Positions 16,892 through 26,809 are shown, numbered from the stretch's first letter. The stretch: DNA of 64,000 nt from an uncultured Acidimicrobiales bacterium (GCA_937925845.1 CALAML010000150.1:8235-72234), one strand, 5' to 3'. The notes: a model not told the origin generated them from the letters alone. Numbers and translations are program-made.

Positions 16892-18013
16892 GTGCAGCTT
16901 CGATCCAGCCGACTCACCGTGCGCCTCGGGGCGCTGAAACGAAACTTCGCCCGTCTCGACCAGGAGTCGGGCGCCAGTCGAACCGGCGCCGCGGTGAAAG
17001 CCGACGGCTACGGGCTCGGCGCCACCACCGTGGTCCGCACCCTCTGGGATGCGGGTTGTCGGGAGTTCTTCGTGGCCAGCGTCGACGAAGGTATCGAAGT
17101 CCGCCAGGCCCTGACCGAAGTGGCCGCCGTCGGCTTCGACGACCCATCGGCCAACATCAACGTGTTTAACGGCGCTATGCCCGGCACCACCGACGAACTG
17201 GTGGCCCACGACCTGGTGCCGCTGGCGATCAGCCTCGAACAACTCGACGGCTGGCGGGCCGCGGCCGCCGCCGCGGGCCGAACCCTTCCCGTGGGCCTGC
17301 ACTTCGATACCGGCATGGGCCGCACCGGCTTCACCCAAAAGGAAACGTCGGAGCTCATCGACTCACCCCACCTGCTCGACGGCCTCGACGTCCGCCACGT
17401 GATGAGCCATATGGCATGTGCCGACGACCGCTTCTCAGCCCAACCCGAAGACCAACTCGAACGGTTCCGTCACCTGCGCACCCGATTCCCGGCAGGCATG
17501 GCCTCGCTGGCCAACTCGGCTGGCATCTTCCGCAGCCCCGACTACCACTTCGATCTGGTGCGACCCGGCATCTCGATCTACGGCGGCATGCCGATCGCCG
17601 AAGAACCCAACCCGATGGAACACACCATCGTGCTGGAGGCCCCGATACTCCAGATCAAAGAAGTCCGGCCCGGCGACAAGGTGGGCTACGGCGCCACCTA
17701 CGAGATCGACACCGACACCCGCCATGTGGTGGTGCCGGTGGGCTACGCCGACGGCTACCTGCGGTCGGCCTCCAACACCGGGAGCGTGGCCATCGGCGAC
17801 ACGATCTGCCCGATCGTGGGCCGGGTATCGATGGACCTGACCATCATCGACGCCTCGGCGGTGCCCGAAGACCAGCTCCACCTCGGAGCACCGGTGGAGA
17901 TGATCGGTTCGAGACGCAGCGTCGACGAGGTGGCGGCGGTGGCCGACACCATCGCCAACGAACTCCTCACCGAACTCGGTAGCCGCTACGAACGGGTCTA
18001 CACCCATGACTAG
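16892..18013 (+). CDS. alr: alanine racemase
   Basis: PLP-lysine motif 'AAVKADGYGLGA' at the expected N-terminal position. C-terminal 'VGYADGY...GRVSMD' motifs. 373 aa. Confidence 0.9.
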   Translation: MQLRSSRLTVRLGALKRNFARLDQESGASRTGAAVKADGYGLGATTVVRTLWDAGCREFFVASVDEGIEVRQALTEVAAVGFDDPSANINVFNGAMPGTTDELVAHDLVPLAISLEQLDGWRAAAAAAGRTLPVGLHFDTGMGRTGFTQKETSELIDSPHLLDGLDVRHVMSHMACADDRFSAQPEDQLERFRHLRTRFPAGMASLANSAGIFRSPDYHFDLVRPGISIYGGMPIAEEPNPMEHTIVLEAPILQIKEVRPGDKVGYGATYEIDTDTRHVVVPVGYADGYLRSASNTGSVAIGDTICPIVGRVSMDLTIIDASAVPEDQLHLGAPVEMIGSRRSVDEVAAVADTIANELLTELGSRYERVYTHD

Positions 18014-18144
18014 AACTCCCAAGCCCGCACCGTCCAACACCGCACCGTCCAGTACCGCCCCGCCGCCCCAACACCAGGCCCAGAAGCGCCGGGCTGAACA
18101 AGACCGAGCTGAACAACAGGCTCAGCAACAACAGTGATGGTCTG

Positions 18145-19200
18145 ATGCGGGTTGCCATCGAGGCGCCTTGGCTGGCTCGTCCCGCAGGTGGCATGACCGT
18201 GTTGTTCGCCTACGGCAACGGTCTGGTCGACCGAGGCCACCAAGTGGCGATGATCGCGACCCGGATGGGCCACGGCGTGCCCGATGGCGGGGAGAGCGTC
18301 GACGAGCTGCGGAGCCTCGACTGGTTGACGGTGGACGATCGACTCCAGCTGGTCGATGGCGGCGACGCAGCCGCAGTGGCCGCGCTCGAACCCGACGTGC
18401 TGATCCGCTTCAGCCCCGAACCGCTGGCCGGCCCTCCACCCTGGCGGGCCGCCGAGCTGGTGGTGATCCAGGCCCTCCGCGTGCTGCCCAATGAGTTCGA
18501 ACAGCCGCTGCTGTCGTATCCAGCCCCCAAGTTGGCGGTGGCCCGCTGGCTGGCGGACGCCGCTGATGCCCACCACCACGAACTTGGCCTCACCCAGCCG
18601 GTCTTCCATCTCCCCAACGGGATCGACCATCGCCGGTTCCGACCCCCGGCCGACTCGGAAGCGTCCGATGCCGAGCGGCCCATCGACGTGGCCATGATCT
18701 ATAACCCCGCGCCCAGCAAAGCGACGCCGGTTGGGGTTAAGGCCACCGAAGCGGTCCGAGCCACCCACCCGGCGCTGCGGGTGGAGATGTTTGGCGCCTA
18801 CCCCCGCCCCGACTGGCTCGAACCCCACATCACCTACCACGAACAACCGGCCCGCCAACAGCTAGTCGAGCTGTACCAGCAGTCGAAGGTGTTTCTGCTC
18901 AGCTCCGGAGTGGAAGGCTTCGGGCTGGCCTCACTCGAAGCCATGGCCTGTGGGGCGGCGCTGGTCACCACCAACAACGGCGGTTCGGCCGACTTCGCTG
19001 AAGCCGACCACAACGCCCTGGTCGCGGCCCCCGGCGACCCCGAAGCCCTCGCCGCCCACCTCCAGACCCTGCTTCGCGACCCGGCCCGGCGGGCGGAGAT
19101 CGCAGCAGCCGGCCTGGCCACCGCGCAACGATTCCGCTGGTCGACCACGATCGATGGCCTCGAAGCCCTTCTTCTGCAGATGGTCGACCCCCAAGGCTGA
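18145..19200 (+). CDS. GT4-family (GT-B) glycosyltransferase
   Basis: 'SSGVEGFGLASLEAMACGAALVTTNNGG' carries the E-x7-E retaining GT-B motif. Confidence 0.85.
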   Translation: MRVAIEAPWLARPAGGMTVLFAYGNGLVDRGHQVAMIATRMGHGVPDGGESVDELRSLDWLTVDDRLQLVDGGDAAAVAALEPDVLIRFSPEPLAGPPPWRAAELVVIQALRVLPNEFEQPLLSYPAPKLAVARWLADAADAHHHELGLTQPVFHLPNGIDHRRFRPPADSEASDAERPIDVAMIYNPAPSKATPVGVKATEAVRATHPALRVEMFGAYPRPDWLEPHITYHEQPARQQLVELYQQSKVFLLSSGVEGFGLASLEAMACGAALVTTNNGGSADFAEADHNALVAAPGDPEALAAHLQTLLRDPARRAEIAAAGLATAQRFRWSTTIDGLEALLLQMVDPQG

Positions 19201-19216
19201 CCGCTACTCTGGCCTC

Positions 19217-20038
19217 ATGGCGGAAGAGACGGCGGCGGGCTCGGGCTATCTCTACGCGGTGACCGGGGAACCCCATCGCCGCGAGGCCATCGCGTCGGCC
19301 ACCCAGCTCCGAGCCGTGGCGCCCAAAGCCTCGATCACCCTCGTATGCGACGGTGCTGACCTGGCGGAAAAGCTCGGCGATCAGAACCCGTTCAGCGAGA
19401 TCCGCTACCGGGCTCCGGCGCCACCGATCACCGACAACCCAATGACCGAAGGGTTCCGGTATGTGATCGAGACGCTGGCCGAAGGACTCCCCTACGCCCG
19501 TACCGTGTTCCTCGACAGCGACACCTGGGCCGCCTCCAACCCGGCGGCGTTGTTTGCCGTGGCCCGCTTCACCGACGTGGCCGCGGTGCTTGAACCCAAC
19601 GCCCACTTCGAAGGATCGGTGGTGGCCGACGACCGCCCGATCCACGCCGCCCCCCGCTACAACACCGGCGTGATCCTGCTCACCCGACGGCCGATCGTTG
19701 AGGCGATGCTCGCCGACTGGCGGGAGCGGTTCACCACCCGCTTCACCGAAGGCACCCACGGCTTCGAGACCGACCAGCGGACCTTCGCCGAAGCGGCTCT
19801 GGCATCGCGGGCCCGGGTGCTCCCGCTCGAGAACAACTGGAACTTTCGCACCCCCTTCTATATGACGGTCTCCGGCGCGGTCCGCATCCTCCACGGCCGC
19901 CACGTCGACCCGGCCGCTGCGGCAGCCACCCTCAACGCCAGCAACCTCAACCGGGTGTGGGACCCCTTCACCCACGAGGTCTCGCTGCTCGACCCGGAGC
20001 GGGTGGTCGAACACGGCTTCCACCTCCCGGCCTCATGA
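19217..20038 (+). CDS. putative GT-A-fold nucleotide-sugar transferase (GT8-like)
   Basis: ORF opens at 18950. I use ATG 19217, after the upstream stop. 'RTVFLDSDTW' (DxD) and 'YNTGVILL' resemble the GT8/LPS-glycosyltransferase core. Confidence 0.55.
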   Translation: MAEETAAGSGYLYAVTGEPHRREAIASATQLRAVAPKASITLVCDGADLAEKLGDQNPFSEIRYRAPAPPITDNPMTEGFRYVIETLAEGLPYARTVFLDSDTWAASNPAALFAVARFTDVAAVLEPNAHFEGSVVADDRPIHAAPRYNTGVILLTRRPIVEAMLADWRERFTTRFTEGTHGFETDQRTFAEAALASRARVLPLENNWNFRTPFYMTVSGAVRILHGRHVDPAAAAATLNASNLNRVWDPFTHEVSLLDPERVVEHGFHLPAS

Positions 20039-20051
20039 ACAGCCCGGCCTC

Positions 20052-20807
20052 ATGAGCCCGACCATCGATCGCGACTACCGCGTCAACGACGTGGATATCT
20101 CGCTGCGCTGCTTCCATACCGGGCCCAGCCAACTGGTGAGCCATCTGATCCTGACCGGCGAAACCTACGCCGTGCCGCCAATCGAGCAGTTGGTCACCGC
20201 CGGGGCCGCTCCGGTCATCGTCGACATCGGCGCCAACATCGGCGCCTCCAGCGTGTGGTTCGCGGCCAACTACCCCAGCGCGGTGATCCATGCCGTCGAA
20301 CCCTCGCCCGACTGCCTACCGCTGCTCACCCACAACCTCCAGCCTTGGCCCCACACCCAGATCCACCCGATCGGCCTCGGCGACCACGACCACACCGCTC
20401 CGCTCTACCACGGGGTCAAAGACCCGGTCACCGGCTCGCTGATCCCCAGCGCCCTCACCGCCGAGTCATCGGTGCCCGTGACCGTCCGTGGCGCAAGCGA
20501 CTGGCTGAACGAAACCGGCATCGACCACATCGACGTGTTGAAGCTCGACACCGAAGGATCCGAAGTGCCGATCCTTTCCCATCTCATCGCCTCCCACGCG
20601 GCGATGGTGGCCGACATCTCTCTTCTGCACCTCGAGTTCCACAGCGAAACCGACCGCCGCCGACTCGACGACCTGCTCCAACCAACCCACTCCCTGACCG
20701 CGGGCACCGTCTTTGACTCGCACCGCGGCGAAGTCACCTACTCGTCGCGACGCTTCCTTGAGCGCACCGGCGACCCCGATGGCCAACGCATTGCTCTTGA
20801 TCCATGA
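20052..20807 (+). CDS. FkbM-family SAM-dependent methyltransferase
   Basis: 'VIVDIGANIGASS' and 'IDVLKLDTEGSEVPIL' are FkbM hallmarks. Confidence 0.85.
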   Translation: MSPTIDRDYRVNDVDISLRCFHTGPSQLVSHLILTGETYAVPPIEQLVTAGAAPVIVDIGANIGASSVWFAANYPSAVIHAVEPSPDCLPLLTHNLQPWPHTQIHPIGLGDHDHTAPLYHGVKDPVTGSLIPSALTAESSVPVTVRGASDWLNETGIDHIDVLKLDTEGSEVPILSHLIASHAAMVADISLLHLEFHSETDRRRLDDLLQPTHSLTAGTVFDSHRGEVTYSSRRFLERTGDPDGQRIALDP

Positions 20808-21442
20808 CCCAGCTGCGGCCCACGCCCGAGATGCGGATCATCATGAACCAGCTCCACCAGGAGCGCCGCACCATGGTGAGCCGGCCCCGGCTGATCTCAC
20901 TGGCCCACCACTGCACCAACCTCGCCGGACAGGGCGCCTTAGTGGAGTGCGGCGTGGCCCGCGGCGGCTGCCTGGCCATGATGGCACTGATGGCCAAAGG
21001 GCGATCCGACGTGTGGGGGTTCGACTCGTTCGCTCCCATGCCCGAACAGACCCCTGAGGACGACGGCGTCGGCGAAGAATGGGTCGGCTGGCAGGCGGCC
21101 GATGTTGCCCAGGTCGACACCACCCTCTCGCTGTTTGAGCTCGACCGCAGCACCATTCACGTGGTGCCCGGCTGGTTCGAAGACACCCTCGAGGCCCAGC
21201 GCGACCAGATCGGCCCGATCGCGGTGCTCCGCCTCGACAACGACTGGTACCGCTCCACCCGGTACTGCCTCGAAACGCTCTATGACCAGGTGATACCCGG
21301 CGGCGCGGTGATCCTCGACGACTACTACGAGTTCCCCGGCTGCCGCCGAGCCACCGACGAGTTTCGAGCAAAGAACAACATCACCGCCGAGATCATCGAA
21401 ACCGAAGCCGGCACCGAGGGCTACTGGATCGTCCCTGCTTGA
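20804..21442 (+). CDS. TylF/MycF-family (macrocin-type) O-methyltransferase
   Basis: 'LVECGVARGG', 'AVLRLDNDWYRSTRYCLETLY' and 'PGGAVILDDYYEFPGCRRA'. ATGA overlap with the upstream gene. Confidence 0.85.
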   Translation: MTQLRPTPEMRIIMNQLHQERRTMVSRPRLISLAHHCTNLAGQGALVECGVARGGCLAMMALMAKGRSDVWGFDSFAPMPEQTPEDDGVGEEWVGWQAADVAQVDTTLSLFELDRSTIHVVPGWFEDTLEAQRDQIGPIAVLRLDNDWYRSTRYCLETLYDQVIPGGAVILDDYYEFPGCRRATDEFRAKNNITAEIIETEAGTEGYWIVPA

Positions 21443-21465
21443 AAAAGCAACAAGGCAACGGCCGA

Positions 21466-22764
21466 TCAGCTCAGCGCCGCTGCGCACCGCTGGCTGCGTT
21501 CCGAGACGAGGGCTACCAGCCGGTCGGGCAGATCGGTCGAGAGCTCACCGACGCCACCGTCACTAACGGCATGCTCAAACGCCGCAGGGGTTCGCTCCGC
21601 CAGGTCGAGTACTCGGGTGATGAGTCGACGGCGATCGAGTTTTAGCTCGTCGGCTGCGTGCTCCCAGGCGCGGCGTCGGTCGGTTCGGCGCAGGTCGTAG
21701 TCGTCACCGACTTTCATGGCGAGCTTCACCTTGTAACCGGACGTGTCGTCATAGGGCAGGATTGAGGCGATGTCATAGAGCGGCGCCAACCTGATCTGAT
21801 TGCCGGCGAGCAGGAGGCTGTAGTTCTTTGCATGGGCGTCGGTGCCCGCGATCAGCCAGTTGAACGCGAGGGCGTCGGTGAATCTCCATACGTCGGTCTC
21901 GGCGTCGCGTCCAGGGATGGTCGAGCGGATCAACTCGGCGATCTGGCCGGGCGTCGGCCCGCCATCGGACTGATACTTGCGCGCCGGCGAAACCGACAGG
22001 GCCTGACACAGATCCTCCTGATGCACCCGTACCAGCTCTCCGTTTCGGGTTGAGCGGTCGAACCGCTCCACGACGATGGCGCTCTCATCCTCGAACGTTT
22101 CGATACGCGTGTCGGCGGCCGGCAGACCAAGCGCCCTCGCGGCGGCAAGGCACAGGTGCTCGTTGATGTGCTGGTCCTGGAACCCCACCATCGCCGGTTT
22201 GAGGATGTGGGTAGTCGGAACCGAACCGGTCGGTGCTCCCCATCGGCCCCGTCCCGTGGCGGCCACATGGTGCAGGGCGGTCTTCGCCTGGGCACCGCCA
22301 AGGCTGAACTGGCCGGTGAATCCGGGGCCAAGCCAGCTGGTCGAGTCGGCCCGAAGCGTCCGCAGCCGGGACGCAATCTCAGCCTCGGAGAGCCACGTGA
22401 TGTCGCCAGGTCTATTGAGGAGATCGTCGGCGTGATCTGGTGTGCAGAACTGCACGGCCCCAGCACAGTCGTGACCGACGTGGGTGCCGAGCAACGGGAA
22501 CGGCGACGACACCGACACGCCAAAGTTGCGACCCCAACGGGTGAGCACGTCGGCATTGTCGGGCAAAAGACCCCACAACCACGGTGTGATCCGAGCGTCA
22601 CCGTGGAGTTCCTGCGCTGGCGGCATCGACGCCGACAACAGCGTCGCCGTCGACTCACCCCGGTACCCGTCGTTATAGCGAAGGCGAAGAGCACCGCTTG
22701 CCAGGCGTTCGACATTGCCGACCGGCTTCCCTTCGAGGAGGACGGTCAACACATCGGACGCCAT
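21466..22764 (-). CDS. hipA: HipA-family serine/threonine kinase toxin
   Basis: 'FSLGGAQAKTAL' and 'IAGTDAHAKNYSLLL' form the HipA catalytic core. 432 aa. Confidence 0.9.
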   Translation of the reverse strand: MASDVLTVLLEGKPVGNVERLASGALRLRYNDGYRGESTATLLSASMPPAQELHGDARITPWLWGLLPDNADVLTRWGRNFGVSVSSPFPLLGTHVGHDCAGAVQFCTPDHADDLLNRPGDITWLSEAEIASRLRTLRADSTSWLGPGFTGQFSLGGAQAKTALHHVAATGRGRWGAPTGSVPTTHILKPAMVGFQDQHINEHLCLAAARALGLPAADTRIETFEDESAIVVERFDRSTRNGELVRVHQEDLCQALSVSPARKYQSDGGPTPGQIAELIRSTIPGRDAETDVWRFTDALAFNWLIAGTDAHAKNYSLLLAGNQIRLAPLYDIASILPYDDTSGYKVKLAMKVGDDYDLRRTDRRRAWEHAADELKLDRRRLITRVLDLAERTPAAFEHAVSDGGVGELSTDLPDRLVALVSERSQRCAAALS

Positions 22765-23030
22765 CAGGAGCCGCCCTCGATGATCTGGCTGAGATCGACG
22801 GTCGCCCCGTCCGGGCCTGGCACGGCAACGAAGGTGATCGCCAGGTCAAGGGCGCTCAGCACCGACAACGCTCGACCCAGTTCGGCGGTTCGCTTTCCCG
22901 TCTCGAGCTCCGACAGCCAGGGCCGCCCGACACCAGCCTGTGCAGCAAGCTGGACTTGCGACAAACCCTGATCCTTGCGAGCCCGCCTCACCGCAGCCCC
23001 GAACCCTTTGGTTGTTTGGATTGGTCGCAT
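22764..23030 (-). CDS. hipB: XRE-family HTH antitoxin (HipB-like)
   Basis: HTH 'LSQVQLAAQAGVGRPWLSELETGK'. Its stop overlaps the hipA start by 1 nt. Confidence 0.85.
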   Translation of the reverse strand: MRPIQTTKGFGAAVRRARKDQGLSQVQLAAQAGVGRPWLSELETGKRTAELGRALSVLSALDLAITFVAVPGPDGATVDLSQIIEGGS

Positions 23031-23111
23031 AGCAGCAGGTCCCCTCCGGCCAAATCCTGTAGCCGTTCGGAGACACTGTACTCATGTCGCCGTTCGAAGA
23101 CAACAGCTTTC

Positions 23112-23129
23112 TGTCGCCGTACGGCGACA
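23112..23129. promoter_or_regulatory. 18-bp perfect palindrome TGTCGCCGTACGGCGACA: candidate HipB operator and/or terminator of the radical-SAM operon
   Basis: Perfect dyad 82-99 nt upstream of the hipB start and 14 nt after the stop at 23143. The half-site TGTCGCCGT recurs at 23085-23093, and GACA/TGTC words flank it. Confidence 0.5.
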
Positions 23130-23142
23130 CACTACGAGCCTG

Positions 23143-25764
23143 CTAGTCGAAGGCGGGTCGACGGATGGCGCTCTGTAGCTCCCAGGAACGGATCGTGGGG
23201 CCGACGGCCACGTTGCCGACCTGGGCCCGGTTTACCCCTCGAGGATCCTCCACCACCAGGGTCGCGGGACCCAGCTCGGCCAGCGCCGGAACATGGTCGA
23301 CCCAGTCGCCGGGCCCAAACCCGATCTTGGCGTCGCGAACCAGGGCGAACCACCCGGCGAAGTCGTGGTCGAGCTCCACGGTGTAGGGAAACTCACGGCC
23401 AAAGGCCGGCAGCACCGCCAACTGGGCCCGAATCGTGGTCTCCAAACCCGAATAATCGCCGTCGGGCCACTCGGCCCGCACCAGGTCCTCGACCTCCGCC
23501 ATCAGCTCGGGCCACGACACCGGCGGCACCATCAACAGATGGGTGAGCTCATAGGCGGTGGCCAGGTTGGGATAGGTGTCGGGCGACTCAAGGATCAGCG
23601 CCAGCATCCGGCGCATGGCATCCACCTCACGCACACCGGCATGGCGGCGCAGGTAACGCAACACGTGGCGAAACACGCCGAAGGTCTCCGACAGGATGTA
23701 CATCAACCGCAGCTGACCCATGTAGCGGTAGTCATCGCGGGTGAACGACGCCGACGACACCACCAGCTCCCGACGCTGAGGGGCGCCCTGGAGAATATTG
23801 AAATCGGAAACGATGGCTTCGGTGCCGATCTCGAAGCGCTGGCGATACTCCGGGTCGTTCATCGGACTGTTCAATAACAGCTCGGTCTCATACACATGAG
23901 CGGTGATCTCTCGGTCCATGCACTGCTGAAGGTCCTCCGCCATCGACTCCGGAGTCTGGCCCGGCAGGCCAATCATCAGATGCACGTTCACCGGCAGGTC
24001 GTGTTCACGAAACTCGGCGGTCAGCTCGTCGTACTTGGCGGTCTTGATGTTTGACCGCTCGATGGCGGCGAGGGTGGTCTCGTCCATCGACTGCAACGAA
24101 ACGGTTCCGGTGGTGAGGATGTCGACCTCGACCAGCACCTCGATGATCTCGCGGAGGTACTTCACCGTGTTCTTGGCGTAGTTGGTGGTGAACTCCCGGG
24201 GAAACCCAAACTCCCGCCGGGTATCGGCGATCTGTCTGGCGAAGTCGATGTCGCGTTTGCGAATACCGAAGTTGGCGTCGGCGATGAAGATGCCCCGCAA
24301 CTGGTTCTCACCCACAAAGCGGATCTCGCCGTTCACCCGCTCCTCGTCGTACATACGAATCCGCGAGTTGGTGGCTGAGCCCCAGTCGCAGAACGTGCAC
24401 TTGTACGGACAACCGCGGTTGGTCTCGATGATGGGACCGGCATAGGACGGCAGGATCGAATCAAAGACGCCACTGAGATACGGCGACGGCACCTCGTTGG
24501 GATCCTCCATGCGGTCGCGATCCGGACCCCGCGCCGCCGAGCCGTCGGCGCGCCGGTAGGCCAACCCGGCGACCGACTCCAGACAACTCACGTCGAAGGT
24601 GCCGCTCTCGCGATAGGCCTCGGCCAGCGTCGACATCAGGTCGGCGGCGGTCAGCTCGCCCTCGCCGATCACGGCCACATCCACGCTCGGATTGTCGGCG
24701 AAGAACCGGCGAGTATCGAGCGGATACTTCGGCACGTTCGGACCGCCGTGCACCATGATTGCTTCCGGGTTGCGAGCCTTGATGGCGGCGCAGACCGCCA
24801 ACAGCTCGTGGGTGTTCCACACGTAGTCGGAGAACAGGTACACCGCCGGCCCCGATGGCAGCTCGTCCAAATCCAACGACGGCTGGACGAAACGCGGGGT
24901 GAGATCAAACACCTCGGCTAAGGCGGGCCGGCCCAGGGCCTCCATCGCGCTGTAGACCAGGCCCAGAGCCAAGGGGATGTTCAACAGGTCATACCAAACC
25001 CCGAACACCGGAATCCGCCCGCCCGAATCAGCGGCGGCGGAGTCCAACCCACGCAGGGGCGACGGATGATCGGCATGAGGATTGCCGGTCAGCCGCAGCT
25101 GGTTGCGACTGTGGGCCTGACGGCGAGCCACGCGGTCGGCCTGCGGCTCCAACAACCCGGCGTCGAGGGCAAAGTTCACCAGAGCCCACGCCCGCTCGGG
25201 CTTGACCGGGCTGGCCTCGATCACCGGTGCCGGCTCGGTGGCCCGCCGGAACGACGCCAGCAGCTGCACCTCAAAGGGCCGAAGCAGCACGGCATCGGTG
25301 GCTCGCCCATCGAGTCGACCGGCGAGGAGGAAACCGCCCGGTCGGGGCGACAGGAGCACCGGCGTGTCGAGCACTAAACGCGCGTGATCGGAGGGTTCGG
25401 CCGCTTCAGTCTCGCCGGCATCACCACCGAGGCTGCGCTCGCGGACCGAGCGGGGATCGGCGGCATCCGCGGAGCCGGGTGCCTCATCGACCAGCAACCC
25501 GTCGTCGAGGAGATGGTCGAGCAACTCCACCAGCTTCGGCCCATCAAAACGGGCCCGCAACCCGTCATCGGACAGGTCGGTGCCGGCGGCGAGAAAGGTG
25601 AGCAGGGCCAGACCCCGCGGGGTGATCGGTTGCCACTCAAGGGTGTCGACCCCTGAAGCCCCATCGGTGGCGAGGCGGGTCCGCGGGATCCCCAACCCGG
25701 TACCGGTGATGCCCACCACCACGCGAGGCGAAAGCCAGCGCGCTGAGTCCCCTCCCGATTTCAT
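23143..25764 (-). CDS. B12-binding-domain radical SAM enzyme with large N- and C-terminal extensions
   Basis: ORF 23143..25809. I use ATG 25764, 7 nt after the upstream stop. Cobalamin-domain pattern 'AAIKARNPEAIMVHGGPNVP...VDVAVIGEGE'. Radical-SAM cluster 'NRGCPYKCTFCDWG' (CxxxCxxC). About 270 aa precede and about 300 aa follow the core. Confidence 0.85.
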   Translation of the reverse strand: MKSGGDSARWLSPRVVVGITGTGLGIPRTRLATDGASGVDTLEWQPITPRGLALLTFLAAGTDLSDDGLRARFDGPKLVELLDHLLDDGLLVDEAPGSADAADPRSVRERSLGGDAGETEAAEPSDHARLVLDTPVLLSPRPGGFLLAGRLDGRATDAVLLRPFEVQLLASFRRATEPAPVIEASPVKPERAWALVNFALDAGLLEPQADRVARRQAHSRNQLRLTGNPHADHPSPLRGLDSAAADSGGRIPVFGVWYDLLNIPLALGLVYSAMEALGRPALAEVFDLTPRFVQPSLDLDELPSGPAVYLFSDYVWNTHELLAVCAAIKARNPEAIMVHGGPNVPKYPLDTRRFFADNPSVDVAVIGEGELTAADLMSTLAEAYRESGTFDVSCLESVAGLAYRRADGSAARGPDRDRMEDPNEVPSPYLSGVFDSILPSYAGPIIETNRGCPYKCTFCDWGSATNSRIRMYDEERVNGEIRFVGENQLRGIFIADANFGIRKRDIDFARQIADTRREFGFPREFTTNYAKNTVKYLREIIEVLVEVDILTTGTVSLQSMDETTLAAIERSNIKTAKYDELTAEFREHDLPVNVHLMIGLPGQTPESMAEDLQQCMDREITAHVYETELLLNSPMNDPEYRQRFEIGTEAIVSDFNILQGAPQRRELVVSSASFTRDDYRYMGQLRLMYILSETFGVFRHVLRYLRRHAGVREVDAMRRMLALILESPDTYPNLATAYELTHLLMVPPVSWPELMAEVEDLVRAEWPDGDYSGLETTIRAQLAVLPAFGREFPYTVELDHDFAGWFALVRDAKIGFGPGDWVDHVPALAELGPATLVVEDPRGVNRAQVGNVAVGPTIRSWELQSAIRRPAFD

Positions 25765-25771
25765 AGCGGCT

Positions 25772-26809
25772 CTAGCCTTCGCCGCCTTCTGCGGCCTCGG
25801 CGCCCTCAACCACTTCGTCGGGATAGAACTCCCACGACGCCTTCAGGTGCTTGCGGGTGTACGCGGTTGAGCGAGGCAGCTGAAGCGGCGTCCAGCTGGC
25901 GCCGAACGGGCCGGGAAAAAACTCACCCAACTGCACACCGGTGCCCGCACCCATAAGCCCAGGCGGCTCCCGGTTGAAGTGGGTGCGCCAGTACTTCTCC
26001 GAGAAGAACAGCGCACACTTGTCGAGCTTGATGTAGTCGTCGGTGAAGAGGAACCCGGTCATGGTGAGGTGGCGCCAGAGATGGCGGACACAATCATCGA
26101 GGCTCGACTGGAAGTCGACGTCGAGAAACAGCAGGGCGATCTCTTCGGTGTGATCGGGAAGGGTGTCGCTGAACCAGCCCTTGCGGAACTCGCACACCTC
26201 AAGCACGCCACCCTCGGCCACATTGGCCTTGACCTCGTCGAGGGTGCCGCAGAAAGCACCCTTGGCCATCTTCGGTGCGTACTGGTCGCCCTCCACGGGA
26301 GCCGGAAGCCCCTCGAAGGAGTCGTACACGATCAGATCCCGGCCGACGATGTCACAGGCCAACGACAGGTTGGCCGTCGAGGCCCCCTTAAAGGCGCCAC
26401 ACTCCACCACCACACCCGGAGCATCCGGCTTGAGCTCCATCAGCTTGGCCGCCATCAACAGATGGCTCTTGAAGCTGCTGGCGCTCTTCATCTTCTTCCA
26501 GTTGCTGTACATGCGATAGCTCAGCTTGAACTTCTTGAACCACGTCATCCCGTAGTCGGGGTGAATCCGCGAATTGTTCAACAAGAAGATTGCGGCGAGG
26601 GGCCACGATGCCGCCTCGTGGGTGCGAAGCATCAGCCGCAGAGCCCAGTCGTCGCTCTCGGACTTGCGGGTCTTCTGGCTCTTGACCGGCCCGCCGGTAC
26701 GGCCCGGCTTGCGGCCATCGGCAAACTCCGGCCCGGCACCGGACCTACCGTTGCCGCCCCGGCGCAACACCTGCTCAGCGTCAGCCGTGTTCGAGACGCT
26801 GCCGTTCAT
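25772..26809 (-). CDS. TylF-family O-methyltransferase with basic N-terminal extension
   Basis: 'VVECGAFKGAST', 'LLFLDVDFQSSL' and 'GFLFTDDY'. The start is uncertain: Met33 at 26809 overlaps the esterase 3' end by 29 nt, and an alternative GTG lies at 26770. Confidence 0.75.
   Translation of the reverse strand: MNGSVSNTADAEQVLRRGGNGRSGAGPEFADGRKPGRTGGPVKSQKTRKSESDDWALRLMLRTHEAASWPLAAIFLLNNSRIHPDYGMTWFKKFKLSYRMYSNWKKMKSASSFKSHLLMAAKLMELKPDAPGVVVECGAFKGASTANLSLACDIVGRDLIVYDSFEGLPAPVEGDQYAPKMAKGAFCGTLDEVKANVAEGGVLEVCEFRKGWFSDTLPDHTEEIALLFLDVDFQSSLDDCVRHLWRHLTMTGFLFTDDYIKLDKCALFFSEKYWRTHFNREPPGLMGAGTGVQLGEFFPGPFGASWTPLQLPRSTAYTRKHLKASWEFYPDEVVEGAEAAEGGEG

Noticed and set aside
18006-18137. 43-codon ORF (MTRTPKPAPSNTAPSSTAPPPQHQAQKRRAEQDRAEQQAQQQQ) overlapping the alr stop, between alr and the GT4 gene.
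   Set aside because: It is low-complexity Pro/Gln-rich with no RBS or motif, so it cannot be supported from sequence alone. It might merit a look in Ribo-seq data.
21466-23030. hipBA region as part of a larger mobile element or defence island.
   Set aside because: No integrase, transposase, direct repeats or compositional break is visible by eye around it. Only the two-gene TA module is supported.
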